A stretch of 64,000 nt of DNA from Octopus sinensis (taxonomy: Eukaryota), in the NCBI RefSeq assembly GCF_006345805.1, contig NC_043002.1, forward strand, positions 60,016,001 to 60,080,000, written 5' to 3'. Under the pieces are notes generated by a model. It ran no database searches, was not told the origin of the DNA, and worked only from the letters and a program-made list of their open reading frames with translations. This document shows positions 53,696 to 64,000 of this stretch, one piece after another (the stretch's first letter is position 1; the number at the start of each line of letters is the position of its first letter). The translations under genes and the position numbers were made by a program.

Positions 53696-53951
53696 TCACA
53701 CGTCTTAAAGGCGGAGCTCCAGCATGCCCACATCAAATGGCTGAAGCAAGTAAAAGAGTAAGGATTGGACAAAATAATGGAAACACGTGATATCATAACA
53801 TCATAAGTTTGAAATATCTATAAAACCGCCGAAAGCTTGTTCATTTTTTTTTTGTTTTTTTTTATTTATTATTAGCGTTGCTTAATATATTTTGATAAAA
53901 TCGCTGTTTCTTTTCAGATATCATCAGAAAAAGTAATTAAAATTAATTAAA

Positions 53952-54060
53952 ATGACAGATCTATCGGACTTTCAAAGAGTTCAAATTGTTGGTGCTCGTA
54001 TGGCAGGCGCTAGCGTAACGATAACAGCCGAAATGCTTGGTGTATCAAGACGTACTTCGT
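53952..54060 (+). mobile_element. Tc1-like transposase N-terminal fragment
   Basis: MTDLSDFQRVQIVGARMAGASVTITAEMLGVSRRT. Confidence 0.7.
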
Positions 54061-54119
54061 TTGCTGGTGTGGACGGACAAGTTGTTTTGAGAAAATTCGG
54101 ACGGGGATCGTTTTGCTCG

Positions 54120-54159
<40 letters not shown>

Positions 54160-54173
54160 ATATACTATATATA

Positions 54174-54219
<46 letters not shown>

Positions 54220-54259
54220 AAGAAAAAGTTTTGAATATTACAACAATGCATTGTAATAC

Positions 54260-54497
54260 AATAATAGGCTATATACTTCTTTCATTTTGTCAGCCATGGT
54301 CTGATAATATTTCGGAATAAAATTCCTTCTTCAGATATTCTTAGATGGAGTCACTACTGATTATATAACAGGAAAACCCGTTGGCAGAACGATTATAACA
54401 GCGACTACATCTAAGTATATCTGAAGAAGGAATTTTATTCCGAAATATCATATCGGACTATGGCTGACTAAATTACAACCGGTATATAGCCCATTGT
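54260..54497. repeat. Inverted repeat with a minimal hammerhead in each arm
   Basis: Arms ~54260-54347 and 54408-54497. Plus-strand motif atat CTGAAGA a GGAAT ttt ATTCC GAAA ta TC atat at 54417-54453; minus-strand copy at ~54302-54338. Confidence 0.75.
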
Positions 54498-54658
54498 TTG
54501 TATGATAGTGCATCGTTGTACCATTGAAATCTTTTTATTCTTTACAAACAATACGCAATGGTTCAAGCAAACAACAATACACGCCTATATTATATATATA
54601 TATATAATATATACGCATATGTAAGCATACATATGTGTGTATATTACAAACAGGTATA

Positions 54659-54715
<57 letters not shown>

Positions 54716-54729
54716 TGTGTGTCTGGTGT

Positions 54730-54773
<44 letters not shown>

Positions 54774-54897
54774 TGTGTGCTTGTATATATATATATATAT
54801 ATATATACATACATATATGTATGTATGCATACGCGCACACATATTTATATATAGATATTTATGTGTGTATGTATAAGGTTATCTATCTATCTGTCTC

Positions 54898-55006
<109 letters not shown>

Positions 55007-55923
55007 CTGTCTATCTATTTAGTTATCTATCTATTTATATACAGAGACAGAGAGAATGAAAGAAGCGGATATGTGCAAATATATACACCCATGCACACTT
55101 TCATATAATCAGTTATTTGTATGTATCTAAAATGTGTGTATATGTGTATCGGTGTGCCTACGTCTCTGTGCATTGAATATTTACACACACACACGCACAC
55201 ACATTATAAGTGTGTGTGTGTGTGTGTGTCTGTGTGTGTGTTTGTTTGTTTGCGTATGCGTGTGTGTGTGCCTATATAAATGTGTGTCTGAACATAAAGT
55301 GAATACAAATATTGAAAATAATAATTGTAATGTAAAATTAGAAGAATAGCAGTGAACAACAAACGTTTGGCAGCGTGAAACCACTCATCATTCACATGAA
55401 CATTAGTCGATGTATACTACAGCAGGGGTGACGGAGGGTGATACGTTAAACCTGGAGTATTAAAAGCAATAAAAATTATACCAATTTGTTTTTATGAAAT
55501 ACTGGAAGATAAGAATTGGTATGAAATATAATAATTCAATCGTTGACATATAATGATGACCTCGATTTCATAGCCGAGCCAACTGTCGAGAGAAAAAAAA
55601 ACATAATTAATGGTGTCTAGGGTGTTTTTCTGTCAACATCATCATTAGAGATATGGTGTCTGCTCTTAAACTTGATGACACGACCGAAAATCCCGACCAT
55701 TTGTTAAGAAACTATGATTATGAATGTACTTATATATCTTGTTAAAGTATATTTCCGTGTTTAATTATATTTGTCCCTAAACTTTTAAAGCTACAGCGTG
55801 CAGATATGTTTAAAAAACAAACAAACAAGAAAAATATGATGGTAAGTCGACTTGTTTCTAAGCACATATTGAGAAGGACGAAGATAAAGAAATACCTATC
55901 TCCATACATAACACACAAGCTTG

Positions 55924-56002
<79 letters not shown>

Positions 56003-56070
56003 GGAGTAAACACATAAATGTGAAACAAGGTGGAAAAAGAGTACTCAAATACCAGTGGTAGAGTAATATG

Positions 56071-56145
56071 CTTTATTTAAAGCAGCAGAAAATTCAACAA
56101 AATCTGTAACAGATTTTGTTGAATTTTCTGCTGCTTTAAATAAAG
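56071..56145. repeat. Perfect 75-nt palindrome (37-bp arms, 1-nt centre)
   Basis: CTTTATTTAAAGCAGCAGAAAATTCAACAAAATCTGT-A-ACAGATTTTGTTGAATTTTCTGCTGCTTTAAATAAAG. Confidence 0.95.
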
Positions 56146-56169
56146 TATATATATATATATATTTGTGAC

Positions 56170-56640
56170 CTAGAAAGTTACCCTCCGAGGTACAAGTCTG
56201 GGCAAGGTTGTTTATGGAAGACCAGCAGTCGCCCACGCATACCAGCCTCCCCTCTCCACGCCACCGATGTTATCCAAGGGAAAGGCAAAGGCCGATGCAG
56301 CTTGGCACCAGTGACGTCGCAGCTCATTTATTAACGTGCAAGTGGCTGAGCGCTCCACAGACACGTGTACCCTTAACGTAGTACTCGAGGACATTCAGCG
56401 TGACACAGAGTGTGACAAGGCTGGCCCTTTGAAATACAGGTACAACAGAAACAGGAAGAAAGACTGAGAGAAAGTTGTGGCGAAAGAGTACAGCAGGGAT
56501 TGCCACCATCCCTTGCGGGGCCTCGTGGAACTCTAGGTGTTTTCGCTCAATAAACACTCACAACGCTCGGTCTGGGAATCGGAACCGCGATCCCACGACC
56601 GCGAGTCCGCTGCCCTAACCACTGGGCCATTGTGCCTCCA
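56170..56640 (-). mobile_element. tRNA-derived SINE (14341 family) with a different 3' segment (56170-56330)
   Basis: Head GGCACAATGGCCCAGTGGTTAGGGCAGCGGACTC and body as at 14341. It then switches to CTGGTGCCAAGCTGCATCGGCCTTTGCCTTTCCCTTGGATAACATCGGTGG. Confidence 0.8.
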
Positions 56641-56749
56641 CACTTTTATTTATTCTCCCTGGAGACTTACCGCTGAGAACTCTTTTGCTGAGTTCCACCT
56701 AAATCCAATTCTTTCGAATCTATGTAAAATACGCGTAACTTTGAGTTAC

Positions 56750-57070
56750 GCAAACAATATTATGTAGGATATTGTGGGACAGACTTCCCAACAACATCGT
56801 CAATGATTTCTTTCCTGAGTTTCAGGATTATTTCAGAAAGGCAGGTGAGAAACGGATGTAATCTTTCCTGTTAGGTAATTTCAGGAATAAAGTATTGAAC
56901 CGTTGGTGGGCCTGTATGAAGCCTTTGTTGTTTTAATTACGGCTTTTGATATTGAAAATGGAAAAGCCATTTCAAAGATCTTAAGGAAACATGAGTGTCC
57001 TGATAAGTTTGTCTCTGTGCTTAAATGGTTCCATAAGGGAATAAACACATGGGTGAGATCTTTGATCAAA
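56750..57070 (+). mobile_element. Decayed RTE LINE RT fragment
   Basis: LYEAFVVLITAFD...ISKILRKHECPDKFVSVLKWFHKG. Confidence 0.7.
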
Positions 57071-57559
57071 TATATATGTATATATAAACTTAAATACATG
57101 GATGCATATATATATATATATATAAATATATATGTATATACATACATTTGTGTATATATATATATACATACACATACATATATATAAGCATATATACATG
57201 CACATACATACACAAACACGCACACACTCACACACATATAATTCTTAAACAATATTTTTGACAGTGATGGCTTAGCCATCCGAAACATCGGAATCACTGC
57301 CAATAATGTTATTTTTTAAGAATAATAAAATTGCAATCTTAAAAAGTACAGAGTAACCCACCAGATTAACGCAAAATTGCTTTTATCATAACTCAATGTA
57401 AAGTTGAACATTAACAACTACACATACGCACACACACACACACACACATACATACAAGAGCACACGTATATCAGTTAGTTGTGAGTATAATCATAAACAG
57501 TTGAATCAGATTTTAGTAGATAAACTAGCCACAGATAATCGTGGCACTCTATCGGTTGT

Positions 57560-57902
57560 GCAGCTGATTGGATTAACGGAACAGCCTGAAATTAATGTGC
57601 AAGTGGCTGAGCACTCCATAGACACGTGTGCCCTTCACGTAGTTCTCGTAGACTCAGCGTGACACAGAGTGTGACAAGGCTGGCCCCTTTGAAATACAGG
57701 TTCAAGAGAAACAGGAAGAGAGAGTGAGAGAACGTTGTTGGTGAAAGTGTACAGCAGGGTTCGCCACCCACCTCCTGCCGGAACCACGTGGGGCTTTAGG
57801 TGTTTTAGCTCAATAAACACTCCCAGCGCCCGGTCTGGGAATCGAAATCGCGATCCCACGACCACGAGTCCGCTGCCCTAAACACAGGGCCATTGCGCCT
57901 CC
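57560..57902 (-). mobile_element. tRNA-derived SINE (14341 family)
   Basis: Colinear with 14341-14720. Confidence 0.85.
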
Positions 57903-58819
57903 ATATCAGATAATATATCTGTGAGCACGTGTGTATATGTGCAAAGGATATGCTATTGAGATGAAAAAGGTAAAGGAAATATTCTAGAGAGGCAGTCGTG
58001 TATTGAAGCAGATTTTTACGAATACAGTAAGCGTTATTTCTATGAACTTTTACGTTATCTCTATAATATTCTGTGACCTTCAACGACATGCAAAGGAAGT
58101 TTAGCATGAATGATATTCTATGAAGCAGTACTCGGTCTTAATTTATTGATAAGCCTATCGATTCTATAATCTAATAGCAAATACGTTTTCGATTTGCATA
58201 CATTTACATCAAGGGGCATACACACCCACATGCGCATATATTTTCTATATATGAGAATATGAGTATTTATGTGTGTACTTATATATGTATGGGAAGGGGG
58301 GGGAAAGATAATTTCATGGAAGTAATATGATTTTTCTTATGTTATTGTATTATAGTTTGTTTATTGACTTATTTAGATATTCTTTTCGATTATGCATTGG
58401 CGTATAAGTTACGATTTATTGGATCTAAATACATAAATGCCAATCGTTTCGTCTGTCAAATTTGCTCAAATACACACGTGCTTACATAAATGCACACAGA
58501 CACATACATACACACACACATACGCAGTCACACACTCTCTCTCTCACAAGCACGCTCACACATACTCATACACACACGCCGATATATACACGTAAGGAAC
58601 ATGAAATATATGTATTGTTTATACATTTATGTATGCCGATGTTTGTATATATATATCTATGAATGTTTGTATATGTATATATCTATGAGTGTGTAGATAT
58701 GTGTATGCACGTATGTGCGCTTATCTATGTATACTTCTATACGCTTCTACTCAGATATACAAGGGTATGCTCGTGTATATATATAAATATATATAAATAT
58801 GTATATATATATATGTATG

Positions 58820-58865
<46 letters not shown>

Positions 58866-58878
58866 TATATAAATACAT

Positions 58879-58926
<48 letters not shown>

Positions 58927-59209
58927 GCATATGTTTATATGTGTATTTATATTTATATTTTTTCTGATATCAGTTTAAGCCGCTGATATTTATTTCATCT
59001 TGTAGTTTGTTTGTTTTTTTTTGTTATCCACAATAAAGAGTATTTCATTTTATGCCTCCTAATGCTTTCATAATTGTTGAGTCGGCCGCCATGCCGCTTA
59101 ACTATTCAATGACCCCCCTCTCCCCCACCCCACTCTGTCATTATAACTAAACTCGGCATCACAGAAACAAAACAGAGCTTCATTATTACACGCACTATTC
59201 ATTTGAGGA

Positions 59210-59242
<33 letters not shown>

Positions 59243-59750
59243 CTTTTTAAACTGACATTTATAAGAATAATTCCACTTTTTATCCATGGGCTCCCGATCC
59301 GAGAGGAAATCTTTCATTGATACGCTTAATATTATAGAAAAAAAAATACTACAGATAAATTCTAAAACATGTGGATCAAAGGATTTCTATAAAATATTCA
59401 TAACACCAGTGCGCTTTTCTCGTGGATGCTGTTATTATTTGCGATTCTACATAGCTGTTGTTTATTTGTTATAGTTGCCATGACTATTATCATTGTTGTT
59501 TGTGGTGGTTTTGTAATGTTTATTTTAATTGTTGTTAAATCGGCATTACTGATAAATAAAGGCCCATAATCACATGTCACTGGTGATGCGTAATGCGTAG
59601 AGTCACTCGGTGTAGTGTAAGCGAGATAGGTTTAATTGAAAATGCCACCACCGCTCTTAAAACCACTTTGGATTATGTAACAATGTCATAATGAGTCTTA
59701 CGTTAGTATGGGTTTCTGTATCTGATATACACGCATACATATGTAAATAC

Positions 59751-59782
<32 letters not shown>

Positions 59783-59820
59783 CCATGCACACACACACAC
59801 ACACACTTATATAGATATAC

Positions 59821-59879
<59 letters not shown>

Positions 59880-60288
59880 TATGTATTTATGCTTGCTTAT
59901 AGGCTTATTCATATATATTTACATAAATATGTAGGTTCATATATATATATATATATACATACGTATGGACATTTTGGGAAAATAAAAGGAGCTTAAGAAA
60001 ACAACAGGGAATAAAAAGAAAACACGATCACCTTTATATATGTAAATAACTATTTCTAAACAGACACAGTACCAAATAGATACGTAAAAACAAAATAAAA
60101 TATTTCAGGTGGAATACTTTAGGGAATCAATAAAAATCTTAATATCGTAAGGGAACATTCTCACTAGAAAAGATGTTCACAGTTGTGTGAGGGGTTGTGG
60201 CGATGGAATGAGTGTTCCTATGAGAATGAGGGACCATATTTACTATTTTCTTGTTTATTATCACCAACGTCAGCTTGTGGGGGGGGGG

Positions 60289-60585
60289 GCACAAGGCCTA
60301 GCGGTTAGAGCAGCGGACTCGCGGTCCAGGGATTGTGGGTTCGAATCTTAGATCGGACGATGTGTGTGTTTATGAGCGAAACACCTAAGCTCCACGCGGC
60401 TCCGGCGCAAGTATTGGCGAACTTCTGCTGACTCTTTCGCCACAACCTTCTCTCACTCTTTCTTCCTGCATCTTGAAGCTCACCTGTGACGGACCGGCGT
60501 CCCGTGCAGCTGGGGAACCTATATGCCAAGAAACCGGGAACCCAGCCCTTATGAGCCAGGCATGGCTCGAGAAGGAATAAACAAC
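60289..60585 (+). mobile_element. tRNA-derived SINE with a V-domain-like segment
   Basis: Head GGCACAAGGCCTAGCGGTTAGAGCAGCGG...GGTTCGAATC. 5' body shared with the 14341 family, then CCTGTGACGGACCGGCGTCCCGTGCAG. Confidence 0.75.
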
Positions 60586-60589
60586 ATCA

Positions 60590-62422
60590 GCTTGAATGGT
60601 GAAGAACTTATTCAAAGATGTTTGTTGTTTATGACGTGTCGTCTGTTTGTAGAACACAGTATAAGAACTTCGCTCATTTGAAAGACTTCTTGTAATTGTT
60701 ACGTTACGTACATGATTAGGATCGTTTTCAACAAAATCCTGCAACCCTACCTCTGTAAGTGACAAAACTTTAACAATAATTTTTGTTGTCAAATTAAGAG
60801 GTAAAGGTGGAATTTCCATTGCCTCATCTGTGTTCTCAGCCTGTTAGTTTTCTAACAGCATCCGCACCTCGTTAGACAAACTCTCTCTCTCTGTCTCTGT
60901 CTGTCTCTCTCTCTCTCTGGAACACTGACAGCTCAGTCACATCATCGTCTATGATTTCTTCAAATCCTACATCCTTTTGCAAGTGTCACAATTTCTTTCA
61001 GAATTTCTCCTTCAGGAACACTGTAATGTTATGGATACAGTCTGACCAGATATGTTTTCCTAAAAACTATCGAATGCTTCATTTCATACACTGAATTGGT
61101 TATATAACCCACAGCATGCATTATGTTGAATTTCTTCTCGAAATCTCTAACTGTAGCTTTATCCTCCCTGTCAATTGCTTTCATAAGTTGTTTGACAGTT
61201 CTTCACATATATTATGTCGGGAAAGTAGCTATCAATTCATATCCCTTTGGCTGGAGCAGTAAAATTGTATTCTTCGGGGTATTTTCTCTTCTAACATTAT
61301 CAAAATGTGCATTGTTTAAAATAAGCAATGCTTTGCGAGAAATATTATGCTTGGCACAGTATCTTTCTAACGCAGGAGAAAAAATGGTTTGTAAACCACT
61401 CTTTGAAAAAGCTCTTAGTCATCTACGCCTTCTCATTTGAAAGTCAAATCAGCGCCAGATTACACTAGAAAGTCCTTCGATTTTCGGAGTAATACACGAG
61501 GAGGTGGTTTTAATTTTATATTGCTAGCGGCATTTCCTTCTAAAAGACGAATTTTGGACGCTTTAACTCTTTCTTCGCAAGAAATAAAGTTCTAGCAGGC
61601 AGGTTCTTCCAGAACAATGCAGTCTCATCAACATCGTATACTTGTTTAGGTGTGTAGACCCTTTCAGCAATCCTCAGCTGTTCGGGATAATCATTTTCAG
61701 CCTCTGTATCAGTGTTACAATTTCACCAGTCATGAGCTTGTTAAACGGTTCAAATTAACCATTACGAATTAAAAATGGTTTTTCATCACAACTTTCATTT
61801 TCTCTTTCTGCATCCTATTCTTCGCCTTTATAAATTATCATCGCCTTTATTTGACACATTATGCCGATTTTGATCCTCAATCTATACACTGAAAAATCGT
61901 TCCATATTATGCATTACTTTAGATGTTTGGAAAACTAAGGTCCGGGCAGTTAACGGGGTAGCTTCTTCAGCACCTGACATAATATTCTTCTTGTTGTCAC
62001 GTATTACTTTTACTGTAGACGTTGCAAGATTTAATGTTTTTGGCAAATGTCGTTTGACTTCCGCATCAAGGTTTTTTAAAACACCAGCATATTCACCTAA
62101 CGCGTCCTTTTCATCCAAATACCTTTAGGTTTAATTGATAGCTTCTTCCTAGACATCTGAAAATGAAAGTAAAGCAAACCGCAATGGCGTTTTAAAGAAG
62201 AAATGGCCCACGTAAGATTTGCTTTACGAGAGCGGAAAATATGTTTTATTCCTTTGGATATAATAATGAAATTGAGATGGAAAATTGGACTGAGGAAGAG
62301 TAAGTAATGCACACACACATACACAGATACCCATACACAATCTCAATTATTGAATAGTTGCTACTGCCACTGAGATCTGCACCCGCGCATAACCTGAGTA
62401 TCCGTAACACGGGGATGCCCGT
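60590..62422 (-). mobile_element. Decayed Tigger/pogo transposon
   Basis: LNLATSTVKVIRDNKK...TP...MERF (HTH/CENP-B), DETALFWKNLPART, GNAASNIKLKP, KFNIMHAV, EIVTLAKDVGFEEI and QTSLNKFF. 5' end GGGCATCCCCGTGTTACG. Confidence 0.88.
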
Positions 62423-62982
62423 GATACTAATCACCATTTATGATCTATTTAAATACACTATATACACATCAAAGACAAATATAATATAAGGCAGTGGGCA
62501 TCGATGTGGCCGGTCTTGACCCCTGTAACTCTCTAATTTGTCCAAAAACGCACACACAGATACACTTGCACGTACGTAGAATGATAGCTGTTGAAGCAAG
62601 TTCGATTAAAAACATTGTTGGTTTGATAGTGAGGATAGTGTGGGTTTCATTGGTTTAGATGTTAGTGATTGTACGCGGACGTTGTTGCGGGTGTAGCGGT
62701 CATATTGTTCTTGCTAATTGTATTGTGGCGGCTGTTTACTTTTAAGTCAATCCTCACAGACCTAAGATCAAAGTCATTCAGTCAACTTTTAAAATACGCT
62801 ACAGAGTACCACGTTATATGTTTTCCTTTGAAACGTATTTTATCACCTACTAATATAACTGTTGCTGTTGTTGGTTGTATTGGTGTTGATGAGGGAAATA
62901 TACACGTACACATATACAGACATTCATAATAGTAGTAGTAGTAGTAGTAGTAATAATAATAATAATAATATTAATAATAATA

Positions 62983-63034
<52 letters not shown>

Positions 63035-63600
63035 TTTAGAATATAAATATATACACATACATGCATGTATGTATATATATATATATATATATGTTTAATA
63101 TGTTATAATAATAATAATATATATATACACACATACATACATGCATGTATGTATATATATATATGTATATATGTATGTTTATATATATGTATATATGTAT
63201 ATGTGTATATGTAGTCATATATCCATATGCATATATAGTATGTATATATATATATATAATACATATATCTAATATATATAATATAATATATATATATATA
63301 TATATATACATACATGCATATATACACGTATATACATACATACTTACATTATGTGCATTACATATACAAGTGTATATGTGTTTGTATATATGTGAGTAAT
63401 GTGATGTTGTTTTTTTTCAAATCGTTAACTATATACTTTGATCTGAGCTAAAACGCAAGTAGCCATTGGGTTAAGATGAAAGTGTAGTTTTAAATTGTTA
63501 ACAGTTTAAAACGACGCAATCCAAGTTCCCGTGAAAGCGAAATTACAGACCGTATCCCGAAATGAATTATCATACTTTGCAATTTCCTCAAACGCAACAT

Positions 63601-63742
63601 CGCATAACGTGAGTAGCCGTAACACGGGGATGCCTGTAATACTAAGACCCATGTACGATCCGTTTAAATACACTACACACACATCAAAAACGGATATCCT
63701 ATTAGCCAGTGGCCATCAAACTGGTCGGTCTTTGACCCCTGT
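63601..63742 (-). repeat. Diverged duplicate of 62386-62526 containing a Tigger-like terminus (TA-CAGGCATCCCCGTGTTACG)
   Basis: ~140-bp direct-repeat pair. Confidence 0.75.
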
Positions 63743-64000
63743 GGCTCTTAAAGCCGCCGAGAAACACGTGAAACGATTTTGACCATTAATGATGTTGAGT
63801 TGAGTTAATTGCCAACTAAATCTGGAAGATCGTGGGCAACTTATGGCTAAATCTCACAAATTTCCACCTAAGTATCGATGAAATAACTAGTATCAAATAA
63901 ACACCCATTTCACATTAAATATTCGGACTACCACAATTTAATAATACAGCAATTTTATTGTTCTTTACGAATTTTGCAAAATATTTTCGTTTAATTTCCA

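Overview
AT-rich, microsatellite-dense animal genomic DNA, most likely octopus (inferred from the tRNA/CORE-type SINE families and repeat landscape, not checked against a database). No host protein-coding exon could be supported; most short ORFs in the track are microsatellite artefacts or antisense to transposon relics. The main feature is a 5.8-kb, near-intact Penelope-like retroelement (39508-45289, minus strand, probably Naiad group). It has a 761-aa RT/GIY-YIG ORF, 273-bp terminal direct repeats that each carry a hammerhead ribozyme (one canonical, one with an A6C change), and an unusual ~2.7-kb modular repeat array between the ORF and the 3' repeat. The window also holds stacked R4/Dong LINEs in (TAA)n tracts and a recurring tRNA-head/(AAT)n/hammerhead element whose AAT tract is hit by Dong in two copies. 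There are four hammerhead families in total, a 5S rRNA copy fused to a SINE tail, decayed Neptune/Naiad, RTE, mariner, Tc1 and Tigger fragments, two non-autonomous Helitrons, many SINEs and several fold-back palindromes.
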